Source: a virus
DNA length: 45,655 nucleotides
Virus record (IMG/VR): IMGVR_UViG_3300033179_000004
Location: 1-45,655 of that record
Direction: 5' to 3' (one strand)
The notes below the pieces were generated by a model. The model did not search any database, was not told the DNA's origin, and saw only the letters and a program-made list of their open reading frames with translations. How positions within the stretch are numbered: position 1 is the first letter of the stretch; the number at the start of each line of letters is the position of its first letter. The position numbers and the translations under genes are program-made. This document shows, piece by piece, positions 1 to 8,070 of the stretch.

Positions 1-127
1 TAGCGACGACCGGCATGCTGTTGTCGGCCAACAACCTTTCAGACGTTGCCAATGCTGGCACGTCGATGCGCAACCTGGGCGGCCTCGACCTCTCCAATCC
101 GGTTTCGCTCACGGGTACGGCTACGCT
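1..127. repeat. Terminal overlap, copy 1 (identical to 45529-45655)
   Basis: Compared base by base and identical over 127 nt. The reading frame of the flanking ORFs is preserved across the join (45528 is divisible by 3). Confidence 0.95.
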
Positions 128-815
128 GACCTCGACCGCCTTTGGCAAGTTGCATCTGATCAGCGGTACGTCGGCGAACTACACCATTACCCTGCCAACA
201 CCGGTTGGTGTTGCGGGTTCATTGATCGGGTTCGTGGTCAATCTGCCCGCCAGCGCCAGCAAGCTTTATACGCTTTCGACGCCTTCCGGCGTGATCGGTC
301 GCCAAGGCGCAAGCTTTGTCATGTGGGCGTCAGAAACGCTGTTGCTGCGCTCGGACGGCACCAACTGGCAAGTGCTAGACGGCAGGCCAAATCCATTTTC
401 CGGCGAGTTGACAAAATCGACCAACCAAACGCTCGCGACCCCCGCCGTCTTTACCGAAGTCACGTTCAACGCCGCGACGGGCGATCCGTCCGGCCTCAAC
501 CTTTGCTATGACGGCACCCGGTTCGTCGCGCCGCGCGCTGGCTCGTATCTGTTTGAGTTCTATCTGCTCGGCACACAGACGCCCGGCACCTATTTTCAGG
601 CTGCCGTGTTCGATACGGCGATAGCCGTGGGCCTGTCGGGAGTGTTCAATCTGTTGGGTAGTGTAGGCAATGCCACCATGTTCGGCTATTCAAAAACATC
701 GTTGGCGACGGGCGCGGCGGCCAAGATGACGGCACGCGCTGACGGTACGGCCATCAGTATCGCCGGGGCGACGGTGCTGGGGCGGTTTTCTTACGTCGAA
801 CTTCCGCAGTGGTAG
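1..815 (+). CDS. Tail fibre protein, C-terminal part (continues the CDS that starts at 45147; 398 aa in total)
   Basis: ORF 15..815 is in frame with the open frame 45147..45655 through the junction. It contains LSANNLSDVANAGTSMRNLGG, a motif common in phage fibres. Confidence 0.7.
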   Translation, partial: ATTGMLLSANNLSDVANAGTSMRNLGGLDLSNPVSLTGTATLTSTAFGKLHLISGTSANYTITLPTPVGVAGSLIGFVVNLPASASKLYTLSTPSGVIGRQGASFVMWASETLLLRSDGTNWQVLDGRPNPFSGELTKSTNQTLATPAVFTEVTFNAATGDPSGLNLCYDGTRFVAPRAGSYLFEFYLLGTQTPGTYFQAAVFDTAIAVGLSGVFNLLGSVGNATMFGYSKTSLATGAAAKMTARADGTAISIAGATVLGRFSYVELPQW

Positions 816-816
816 C

Positions 817-1824
817 ATGCTGATCGGCCTCGCTGGCGGCGGCGCTTCTCTCCCTGATCCGCAAAGCTTTTATCCTGCCAATAGCGCGGTGCTGGCTTAT
901 ACCGATTGCGTCGCACCTACGTTCGTCGGCGGCTATGCGCGCTTTGTGCGTCCGATCAACGACGTGGCGGGCAACGGCTATACTTACGCCATGCCGGGGG
1001 CGCGGCTCCGCTTCCGCTCCAATGCGCCGACCGTCAACGTGCTGGTGCGCTACAACGGTCTGATCAGCCGCACCGATGCGCGCAATACGATTGGCGCGAT
1101 CTACGTCAACGGCACCTTTGTTCAAACCTTTCAATCGCCGCCGCCGATCAACACCGTTGCGGTGGCGACACTCACTATCGTCAACGGTTCGTCGGTGGAC
1201 CGGCTCTATGAGATCGTGCTGCCCTACGCCGATGGCGTCGAGTTCGGCGGCGTCAACGTCGATCTGCCCTATGTCGTCACCGCCGCTGCGGCGCGCACCG
1301 GATCGCTGATGGTGTGCTATGGCGACAGCATCACGGAAGGCTTTACGTCAACGGACGTGCGGGTCTGCTATCCGTTCCTGCTTGCCAACCTGAAAAACTT
1401 CCGCTGCATCAATATGGGCTATGGCAGTCTGCAAGCTACGGCGTCGCACGGCACCGACATTGCCAACCTGTCGCCCGATCTGATCACTGTCATGATCGGC
1501 ACCAATGAATTTCTCAATCAGGTAGCGGTCGCGACCTACCAGGCGAACCTGACGGCGTTCCTGACCAACATTCACAACATCAATCCCACGGTCCCGATCT
1601 ATTTGACCGCGCCTTTGCTCAACACCAATTCGCGGGCGATCCCATTAAGCAGTTATCAGGCGGTGCCCGGTGCGGTCAGGACCGCGCTCGGCTACGCGCA
1701 AATTGTCGGCGTCAATCCGACAACGCTGTTGCCAACTTCGGCGGGCCTGAATGCTGACGGCACGCACCCGAACGATAGCGGACATTCATCGATTGCGACC
1801 GGGTTTGCGAGCATCATTCCATGA
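817..1824 (+). CDS. SGNH/GDSL-family hydrolase (tail-associated esterase/deacetylase candidate)
   Basis: GDSITEG block I and DGTHPNDSGH (DxxH) block V are present. It lies directly after the tail fibre gene. Confidence 0.7.
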   Translation: MLIGLAGGGASLPDPQSFYPANSAVLAYTDCVAPTFVGGYARFVRPINDVAGNGYTYAMPGARLRFRSNAPTVNVLVRYNGLISRTDARNTIGAIYVNGTFVQTFQSPPPINTVAVATLTIVNGSSVDRLYEIVLPYADGVEFGGVNVDLPYVVTAAAARTGSLMVCYGDSITEGFTSTDVRVCYPFLLANLKNFRCINMGYGSLQATASHGTDIANLSPDLITVMIGTNEFLNQVAVATYQANLTAFLTNIHNINPTVPIYLTAPLLNTNSRAIPLSSYQAVPGAVRTALGYAQIVGVNPTTLLPTSAGLNADGTHPNDSGHSSIATGFASIIP

Positions 1825-1997
1825 ACATTCCGGCGGAACTTGCTTCCAAAGTTGTCGATACCATGAAGGCGACGCCATTTGTGCTGGCAATCCTGATTGT
1901 CAACGTCACGGTCTTGGCTGGCTTCGCCTTTACCCTCCATGAAGTAGGCTCGGCGATTTCGCGGCGCGATAAACTTATAGAAAGGTGCCTCAAATGA
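1821..1997 (+). CDS. Small single-TM protein (58 aa), lysis-cassette membrane protein candidate
   Basis: ATGA overlap with the upstream stop. Hydrophobic core FVLAILIVNVTVLAGFAF. The ORF is below the ORF-track length cutoff. Confidence 0.4.
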   Translation: MNIPAELASKVVDTMKATPFVLAILIVNVTVLAGFAFTLHEVGSAISRRDKLIERCLK

Positions 1998-2206
1998 TAG
2001 GGACATTGATCTCGGTCATCCTAATGTTGATCGTGCTTGGCGTGGTCCTTTGGGCCGTTCAACAATTGCTGCCGATGGTGCCGATGCCGGAACCATTCGG
2101 CAGGATCATCAACGTGCTGATCACCGTCGTCATCGTGTTGGTGGTGGTCTACATCATCGCCAGCCTGCTAGGCGCGGTGTCACCCATCAGGCTTTCGAGG
2201 CTCTAG
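1994..2206 (+). CDS. Two-TM small membrane protein, holin candidate
   Basis: ATG at 1994 overlaps the upstream stop as ATGA. Two hydrophobic helices. It sits immediately upstream of the endolysin. Confidence 0.5.
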   Translation: MIGTLISVILMLIVLGVVLWAVQQLLPMVPMPEPFGRIINVLITVVIVLVVVYIIASLLGAVSPIRLSRL

Positions 2207-2207
2207 C

Positions 2208-3161
2208 ATGACCTATAACAGCGTTGTCATTTCGTCCGGCCACGGCCTCTATGTTCGCGGCGCGTCCGGCATCCTAGATGAAGTCGATGAAGCCCGGTTG
2301 GTGGTGGAAGAACTCGCCACCCAACTGCGCGAGCGCGGCGTCAACGTGAAGACGTTCCACGACGATACCAGCCGGGACCAAAACACCAACCTCAACACCA
2401 TCGTAAATTTCCACAACAAGCAAAACCGCGACCTCGACATCAGCGTCCATTTCAATGCCTATGAGCAAGTCAGCAAGCCGATGGGCACCGAAGTTCTCTA
2501 TGTGACGCAATCCGAACTGGCCGCCGATGTCAGCGCAGCGATTGCCAGCGTTGGCTTCATTAATCGCGGCGGCAAAAAGCGCACCGATCTGTTCTTCCTC
2601 AACAAGACCGAAATGCCGTCGCTGTTGCTGGAAGTCTGCTTCGTTGACAGCGAGGCCGATGCGGAAATCTACAACACGCAATTCGTGGAAATCTGCGAAG
2701 CCATTGCGGACGTGCTGGGCGGCGATGATGACGAGGGCGTGGTGGTCCCCGAACCGGACGCGGCATTCCACGCGGTCGGCAAGGCCTCGTATTTCGGTGG
2801 GCCGGATGACACGGGCGTTTCGGCCAGCGAGGGCTTGGCGTTCATCGATGACGTTGACGACGCGCCGCAACTGTTCTTGCCGGATCAACCGGAAGGCACC
2901 ACGGGGCTTGCGCGCCGCCTCAATCCCTATGTGCCATATGTCGCCTGTCGGTGGGACTACGCGGTGACGCCCAAGACGATGATGCTGGAATATATGGCGC
3001 TGGTGAAGTCGCTGAAAACCGGCGTGTTCATCAAAGCATTTCCCGCCGATTGGGGGCCGCATGAGAGTACCGGGCGCGTCGCCGATCTGTCGCCGGGCCT
3101 GATGGACTATCTAGGCATTGAGACCGACGACGAGGTGGAAGTGATTTTTCCTTACGAATGA
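2208..3161 (+). CDS. Endolysin: N-acetylmuramoyl-L-alanine amidase (Amidase_3-like) with an extra C-terminal domain
   Basis: N-terminal VVISSGHG...SVHFNA...GTEVLY...EVCFVDS pattern typical of Amidase_3. The C-terminal ~130 aa are unassigned. Confidence 0.8.
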   Translation: MTYNSVVISSGHGLYVRGASGILDEVDEARLVVEELATQLRERGVNVKTFHDDTSRDQNTNLNTIVNFHNKQNRDLDISVHFNAYEQVSKPMGTEVLYVTQSELAADVSAAIASVGFINRGGKKRTDLFFLNKTEMPSLLLEVCFVDSEADAEIYNTQFVEICEAIADVLGGDDDEGVVVPEPDAAFHAVGKASYFGGPDDTGVSASEGLAFIDDVDDAPQLFLPDQPEGTTGLARRLNPYVPYVACRWDYAVTPKTMMLEYMALVKSLKTGVFIKAFPADWGPHESTGRVADLSPGLMDYLGIETDDEVEVIFPYE

Positions 3162-3183
3162 ACCGCTGCGATCCCAAGAAGAT

Positions 3184-3212
3184 GGCCCGCCCCTTCGGGG
3201 GCGGGCCTTTTT
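3184..3212 (+). terminator. Rho-independent terminator after the lysis cassette
   Basis: GGCCCGCCCC-TTCG-GGGGCGGGCC followed by TTTTT. Confidence 0.8.
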
Positions 3213-3249
3213 CTATGCCTTGAGCCTGCGGCAGTAGGGTTAAATAATT

Positions 3250-3444
3250 TTATGCCGGGCTACTCTGCGAAAACAGGTAGTGCCTGATGATCCGCTGCAT
3301 CATCGATGCGGCGGCGGCGATTTCGTAAGAGTGCTGATCGTTGGAGCGCCTATCGGCCAAGCAAGCGATCTGATCCAAGCCGCGATGAATGCTTATAAGA
3401 TCGTCTTTTCTGATGGTGACTATCGGGGCAGCTTCCGGTCTCAT
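3250..3444 (-). CDS. Hypothetical small protein (64 aa)
   Basis: ATG at 3444 is preceded by AGGGAGGA. The longer 123-aa ORF-track version would read through the 3476-3503 hairpin. Confidence 0.4.
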   Translation of the reverse strand: MRPEAAPIVTIRKDDLISIHRGLDQIACLADRRSNDQHSYEIAAAASMMQRIIRHYLFSQSSPA

Positions 3445-3475
3445 ATTTTTCCTCCCTGTTGGACAACAATAAGGT

Positions 3476-3503
3476 GGTCCCGCACCTTTGAGGGTGCGGG
3501 ACC
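3476..3503 (-). terminator. 11-bp perfect stem-loop, possible terminator of the minus-strand operon
   Basis: GGTCCCGCACC / GGTGCGGGACC with a 6-nt loop. The U-tract on the minus strand is weak. Confidence 0.4.
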
Positions 3504-3553
3504 GGCCTCTCCACACGCGCGGGGCTGGGGGCTGATAACGCGCATGAAAAGGC

Positions 3554-3898
3554 TTAGGCGTGGCCTGCGGTGTGGTGAATGTCTCCACTCGCTCGTTCGA
3601 TCTTATGCTTGGCACCATCAAGCATGGAGGTCACGGTCTTGTCGTCGGTGTCGTTCGAGACGAGACCTTGAACGTCAGGATGATGATCCTGCCAAACCAA
3701 TAGCGCGAAACGCACGTCGTTCCTGTGCGAGTTCAAAATTGTGTTGAGTAGCATCGCCACCGACATCACATGATCATGGTCGTTCGGGTTAAAGTCAGCA
3801 GGGTCTTTCATCACTCGCTCCCTCATTACTAGCAGGTACGCAATTGTCAGCATCGCGCCAATCCAGATCAGCATCAGATTGAACGCGAATTCTCGCAT
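3554..3898 (-). CDS. Hypothetical membrane protein (N-terminal TM, His-rich)
   Basis: N-terminal hydrophobic helix LMLIWIGAMLTIAYLLV. Its start overlaps the upstream stop by 1 nt. Confidence 0.5.
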   Translation of the reverse strand: MREFAFNLMLIWIGAMLTIAYLLVMRERVMKDPADFNPNDHDHVMSVAMLLNTILNSHRNDVRFALLVWQDHHPDVQGLVSNDTDDKTVTSMLDGAKHKIERASGDIHHTAGHA

Positions 3899-4197
3899 CA
3901 GGCCGTTCCACTCTGTTCGGGTTGCCCCTCGAAACGCGCGATCTGTTCCTTCATTGTGGCGACGATATCGGCGCGGTTCGCGTTAGACACATAATTAGCA
4001 CGTCCGCCCTCGCCGAAGGGAAACACCATCAGCACAAAGCCGACCTTGCGATGTTCTCCCCGCAAATCACCGTTGAAGAGGTGATCCATCTGACGAGCCA
4101 GGAATTCCATCTTGCCGTGATACTCGGCATCAACAGGCGCATCGCCTAACGGTGCCTGCTTATGCGCTTCTCTTGCGCGGCGCTCTTTCTGGTTCAT
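3898..4197 (-). CDS. Hypothetical protein (99 aa)
   Basis: Internal ATG at 4197 with a purine-rich upstream sequence. The longer ORF-track start adds a low-complexity extension. Confidence 0.45.
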   Translation of the reverse strand: MNQKERRAREAHKQAPLGDAPVDAEYHGKMEFLARQMDHLFNGDLRGEHRKVGFVLMVFPFGEGGRANYVSNANRADIVATMKEQIARFEGQPEQSGTA

Positions 4198-4435
4198 GAT
4201 GCTTCTCTCTTGGTGGATAGGTGATCCCCTTGCCGAACTGCCACTCAAAGTTGGTGAAGTCGCCGCCATCGGTAATGATGATGCGTTGAACAAAGCCAAA
4301 CGAGGCCCCGACAGTTTCAGTCAAGCGGTGCGCGGTCTTGACGGCTTCCTCGGCGCTAACGAAACGGCATTCGTATTCGTAGCTGCCGTCAAGGAAGAAT
4401 TGTGCCACCGAAAATTCGTCCCTCATGAGGATCAC
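4160..4435 (-). CDS. Hypothetical protein (91 aa)
   Basis: ORF coupled by ATGA overlap to the upstream gene at 4432-4435. Confidence 0.5.
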   Translation of the reverse strand: MILMRDEFSVAQFFLDGSYEYECRFVSAEEAVKTAHRLTETVGASFGFVQRIIITDGGDFTNFEWQFGKGITYPPREKHHEPERAPRKRSA

Positions 4436-5076
4436 TCCGCAGGAATTAGCTTCATAGCGCGTTCGATATAACGGTCCAATTCCTCCGGCGCACCGTCGCC
4501 TTCGTCGGCGGCAACCTTGCGCAGATAGGGCAGGCCCTTGTCGATGGCGGTGAGGATTTCGGCGCGGGTGGCGGTGCGGCCTTCCTTAAACCAAAGCAGT
4601 TCGACGGGCGGCCCGATCTCGAACAACGCGCCCTTTGGCGTGTTGACCGGCTTGAATGTCTTGGTCATCCACAACCCCGTCGCGCCGGGATTGTGCTGGA
4701 TCATGATGCCGGGCACGGTCTCGCCTTGGTTCATCGAGGCGGCTTCGTTGCGGCGCATGTTGGGGCGGGCGAGGAACGGGCAGGCCTGAACGGCATAGAG
4801 GCCGCATTCGCGGTGACTTGGCGGCTCGCTGGATACCCGGTTGATCGAACACATCGGCCCGATGACGAAGCACTTGAAGCGGCCCATTGGCTGGCCGCAA
4901 ATCCAACAGAGGTTGCGGCGATAGGCCTCGGCGATCTTGCGCGGGTCTAGATTGACGAAATCCCACTTACCATCAATGAGCGAAACGAACCACGGGACCG
5001 GGAAACCACGTTCTGAGATCGGACGCCTTGCCAGTCGCGCTGGCAAGGGGATTTCGGCAATCGACGCATTCAACAT
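4432..5076 (-). CDS. Conserved-looking Cys-rich hypothetical protein (214 aa)
   Basis: RGFPVPWF...CWICG...EPPSHRECGLYAVQACPFL resembles a putative metal-binding Cys/His pattern. No family is named with confidence. Confidence 0.55.
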   Translation of the reverse strand: MLNASIAEIPLPARLARRPISERGFPVPWFVSLIDGKWDFVNLDPRKIAEAYRRNLCWICGQPMGRFKCFVIGPMCSINRVSSEPPSHRECGLYAVQACPFLARPNMRRNEAASMNQGETVPGIMIQHNPGATGLWMTKTFKPVNTPKGALFEIGPPVELLWFKEGRTATRAEILTAIDKGLPYLRKVAADEGDGAPEELDRYIERAMKLIPAE

Positions 5077-5109
5077 TACGCAACCTAGTGGCCCCAGCCC
5101 CTAGGGTTA

Positions 5110-5511
5110 CTATTCCGGTGGTTCCATGATCGAGTTGATCAAGCTTCTAATTCGAGACTTCAAGTGATCGGGCAAACGAGAAAAGGCCTTCGCCAATTTG
5201 TAGCTTTCGTGATCGAAGTCAAAGCCATCGACTTGTGGGCCGCCGCCAAGGCCGGTTAATTGTTCGGTGGTGGTTTCCAACGCGGTGGCGATCTGATGCA
5301 GGCGCACCGCCGAAATCCGGTTGATGCCCTTCTCATACTTTTGGATTTGCTGAAACGAGACCCCAAGCAAGTCGCCCAAATCGTTCTGGCTCATGTTGCG
5401 GTCCATTCGCATGGCCCGGATGCGGCCACCGATCTGCGCATCTATCTTGCCGACGCTGCGCGGGCCGGGTGGCCGTTTGGCAGGAGGCTTCTTTGCCGAT
5501 CCCATTTTCAC
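5110..5511 (-). CDS. XRE-family HTH transcriptional regulator
   Basis: IRAMRMDRNMSQNDLGDLLGVSFQQIQKYEKGINRIS is a canonical HTH_3/XRE motif. Confidence 0.8.
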   Translation of the reverse strand: MKMGSAKKPPAKRPPGPRSVGKIDAQIGGRIRAMRMDRNMSQNDLGDLLGVSFQQIQKYEKGINRISAVRLHQIATALETTTEQLTGLGGGPQVDGFDFDHESYKLAKAFSRLPDHLKSRIRSLINSIMEPPE

Positions 5512-5864
5512 TTACCCCTATTAGCGCGCTCTCGCTTCTTTGCGAGGCGTTCCTTATGAATTTTGAATTGTTCGCGGGCTTGCGGAATTTCGCTTTCGTA
5601 GTCTGGCTTTTCGTCGCGCTGCAACCCGTAGGCATAGCCCATCGCACCGGCCATCTTCGCAAATGTCGCGTGCTGGGGTTTCCGAGTTTTCCCGCCGAAC
5701 ATATTGTTGACCGTCGAAGTGCTCAATCCGGCGAGAACGGCAAGGTCCTTTTCCTTGAGGTGTTCCTTTTGCCAGATCGTCCGAAATTTATCGATCTCGG
5801 GGTCCTTATCCACGAAGTTATAGCTGCGGGTCATCCACAATGTCCCGCCGTTCCCTTTAGCCAT
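5508..5864 (-). CDS. Putative HTH DNA-binding protein
   Basis: LAVLAGLSTSTVNNMFGG is an HTH-like segment. ATGA-type overlap with the downstream gene. Confidence 0.45.
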   Translation of the reverse strand: MAKGNGGTLWMTRSYNFVDKDPEIDKFRTIWQKEHLKEKDLAVLAGLSTSTVNNMFGGKTRKPQHATFAKMAGAMGYAYGLQRDEKPDYESEIPQAREQFKIHKERLAKKRERANRGK

Positions 5865-6516
5865 TGGTTGCCTCCGCTACTTGCGTCGCGCCGTTGCCGT
5901 TTTTCGGTGCGGGTGTTTCGATCATTTCATATTCGCCATCGGCGACACGCTTGATCAGCTTCTTGTCCAAGCAGTCTTTGATGGCGGGCGAGGCGGACGC
6001 GCGCGGGCGACCGTCCTTTTCAAAGCCGTCTTTGATCTGCTCGGTAGTGATGTGACCATGCTTGCGCTTGATCAGACGCATGATCAGGCCGGTGTGGGGG
6101 ACGGTGTAGCGGTTCTGTGTGTCGCCCTTTGGCTTCGCCTCTTTCTTCGGTGCGGCGATGTGTTTGACATCAGCGCGGGCATAGTTGCCGGAACCAAGTT
6201 TTTTGAGAACGCCCGCCTCAACCAGTTCGGCAAGGGCTGGATAGGCTGCGCTACCGTTGCCGCGTCCGGTGTTACGAAAGTGATTAACCGCGTCGATGGC
6301 CTTGAACGTCGGATGGTCCTCTGTCCACGCCTTCAAGTGGTCTGGCGAACGGACATCATGCTTGACCTTTTCAGCGAAGGCCAAGACATCGGTCATCAGT
6401 TCAAAGTTGATATTGGTCAGGCCCATTTTCGTGAGTTGGGCGATGATCGGACCCAAGTCCGAGACCGCGACCTCGCAACTAAGTCGAAACCGGTCCACCG
6501 TTGGTAATTTTGGCAT
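5857..6516 (-). CDS. Hypothetical protein with two winged-helix-like segments
   Basis: ATG at 6516 is preceded by AAGGGGA at 7 nt spacing. It is the first gene of the 6516->3554 minus-strand operon. Confidence 0.5.
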   Translation of the reverse strand: MPKLPTVDRFRLSCEVAVSDLGPIIAQLTKMGLTNINFELMTDVLAFAEKVKHDVRSPDHLKAWTEDHPTFKAIDAVNHFRNTGRGNGSAAYPALAELVEAGVLKKLGSGNYARADVKHIAAPKKEAKPKGDTQNRYTVPHTGLIMRLIKRKHGHITTEQIKDGFEKDGRPRASASPAIKDCLDKKLIKRVADGEYEMIETPAPKNGNGATQVAEATNG

Positions 6517-6753
6517 TGCGAAGTCCCCTTGCACTTATATGCCATTTTGGCAGGAATTTTGCGATACACTCCATCGTGCGTATTTTTTCGGATAGTGGAG
6601 GCTAGGCGTCCGTTTTACGAATGTCCATCCCAAAGTCCGATGCCCGACTTAGATGCGAGGGCGATTACTCCCCTCACTCAAACAGTGTGCAGCGAGTTCG
6701 TTCCCGAACACAACCTCAATCTTTTCAATACCAATTGCAGCAATTTCCCGGCG

Positions 6754-6801
6754 TTTGATTTAGATCAAAGGGGAAAATTATTGCGAGTGACCAAATTGGT
6801 C
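6754..6801. promoter_or_regulatory. Two dyad symmetries in an AT-rich divergent control region
   Basis: TTTGATTTAGATCAAA (6754-6769, 7 of 8 pairs) and GACCAA-A-TTGGTC (6789-6801, perfect). Confidence 0.35.
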
Positions 6802-6849
6802 AGTAATTGTTTTGAGGAAACAATAGAGGCCGGTGAACGGCACATTCAT

Positions 6850-6897
6850 CGTGAGGGCAGCGTGAATTCACCGTGAGGGAGGGACAGCGCCCGTGAG
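6850..6897 (+). promoter_or_regulatory. Helically phased CGTGA repeats overlapping the start of the wHTH gene
   Basis: CGTGA begins at 6850, 6861, 6872 and 6892, a spacing of 11, 11 and 20 bp. The last copy contains the GTG start codon. Confidence 0.4.
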
Positions 6898-7285
6898 CCA
6901 TCATGAGATCGCAAAAATTTTGCAACAGGCGGTTATCGTTTCAACGATGATGCTGGCGGTGTCGAAGGCGATGCATGGCGACTATCGCAGAAAGCATGTC
7001 GGCGCGGTATGGGAAGAACTGCTTTGCGCGTTCGTCTTGTGGCACGTCGATACAGTGACTAAACCGCAGACAGCCTCGGGCGTCGCCAAATTTTTGGGCA
7101 TCCCGCGCTCCAACGCCAAGCGCTCGCTGGATGCGTTAGTCGCGGGTGGGTTGGCTCGCAAGGTCGGGCGGGGCTATGGGCGCAACGTTGACTTCATAGC
7201 GGTGCGCCCGAACTCGCGTTTCTTCGGCGAAATCCGGGCGGCGGTTATGAAGGCCGGGAGGGAGTTGGAGCGGGTGTTCGGCTAG
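6893..7285 (+). CDS. Winged-helix (MarR-like) transcriptional regulator candidate
   Basis: GTG start 9 nt after GGAGGG. SGVAKFLGIPRSNAKRSLDALVAGGLARK resembles a wHTH. Confidence 0.5.
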   Translation: MSHHEIAKILQQAVIVSTMMLAVSKAMHGDYRRKHVGAVWEELLCAFVLWHVDTVTKPQTASGVAKFLGIPRSNAKRSLDALVAGGLARKVGRGYGRNVDFIAVRPNSRFFGEIRAAVMKAGRELERVFG

Positions 7286-7692
7286 CGCGCGACCGGCTTG
7301 ATCTGATCGAGGCTGGTGAGCCGAAAATCCTGCTCGTACATGATGCCGATGATCTGGCCGTTCTTGGCGGGCGTGCGGCGCATCTGGTAACGGGTCTTAC
7401 CAACTGGCCGGATCACATAGGCGATGTCGCTCTCGGGATGGTAGCCAATGATCACGTCGCAATCGGCTTCGGTGATGACCGGATATTGCTTGCCGCCTTG
7501 GCGGTCCACCACGCCCTGACCGGGGATCATGATGCAGCCGTTCTCGCCGTCGCGGGCGGTCTTGACCTGGACGCGGGACAGGTGGCCGTTCCAGTGTGCG
7601 ATCATGTCAAAGGGGTGATCGTGGCCGAACGCCGGGGTGAAGATGGAGGCACCCAGCCGCATTAACTTGGCGGCAACCATAGCCTCAGACAT
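7282..7692 (-). CDS. PD-(D/E)XK-type endonuclease (PDDEXK_5-like)
   Basis: AAKLMRLGASIFTP...PFDMIA...LSRVQVKTA matches the D...(Q/E)xK core of this family. ATG at 7692 with an upstream GGAG. The longer ORF-track version runs through the tRNA. Confidence 0.6.
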   Translation of the reverse strand: MSEAMVAAKLMRLGASIFTPAFGHDHPFDMIAHWNGHLSRVQVKTARDGENGCIMIPGQGVVDRQGGKQYPVITEADCDVIIGYHPESDIAYVIRPVGKTRYQMRRTPAKNGQIIGIMYEQDFRLTSLDQIKPVAR

Positions 7693-7721
7693 TGACCCCC
7701 GCTCCGTCGTTTTGAGGGGTG

Positions 7722-7796
7722 TGGTGCCCGGTAGCGGGATTGAACCGCTGACCTCGTCATTACCAATGACGCGCACTACCACTGTGCTAACCGGGC
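7722..7796 (-). tRNA. tRNA-Thr (anticodon GGT), full length with encoded CCA
   Basis: Hand-folded cloverleaf: acceptor GCCCGGT/ACCGGGC, D stem GCAC/GTGC, anticodon stem CGTCA/TGACG with loop TTGGTAA, T stem AGCGG/CCGCT with loop TTCAATC. Confidence 0.9.
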
Positions 7797-7835
7797 TGAT
7801 TGGGTCTATTTCGGGAGAACGTCCATAGAACGGAC

Positions 7836-7855
7836 TGCACGGATTTTGCACGGAT
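7836..7855. repeat. Candidate integrase arm-type site (TGCACGGATTTTGCACGGAT), copy 1
   Basis: The identical 20-mer recurs at 8043-8062. Its GCACGG submotif is spaced 11 bp apart. Confidence 0.45.
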
Positions 7856-8042
7856 TGATACGCTTTTTCATGTTCTGTTCTGCGTTTTCGTGCATTTTCG
7901 CGTCTCGACAGTTTCGGGGTAACCACTGGTAATTCAAGGGTTTTTTCGCTTTCCATGATCCCAACCCTGACCTTTACCAAGGGACGGGCCAGAAGTTAGA
8001 AGTGCCTGCGGTACAGGGGTTTCTTGAATTCTAAAAGAGACA

Positions 8043-8068
8043 TGCACGGATTTTGCACGGATGCACGG
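8043..8068. repeat. Candidate integrase arm-type site, copy 2 (three GCACGG units)
   Basis: TGCACGGATTTTGCACGGAT followed by GCACGG. It lies between the tRNA and int. Confidence 0.45.
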
Positions 8069-8070
8069 CC

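Noticed and set aside
2274-3062. 262-aa minus-strand ORF inside the endolysin gene
   Set aside because: It lies opposite a confidently recognised Amidase_3 endolysin and has shadow-ORF composition.
6529-6876. 115-aa ORF in the 6517-6892 divergent region
   Set aside because: It has a TTG start without a Shine-Dalgarno and atypical (AT-rich) codon usage for this genome. It also covers dyads and phased repeats that look regulatory. A small real gene here cannot be fully excluded.
7693-7980. N-terminal 96 codons of the 232-aa ORF 7282..7980
   Set aside because: This part reads straight through the tRNA-Thr gene and the arm-type repeat. The nuclease domain begins at an internal ATG (7692) with its own GGAG.
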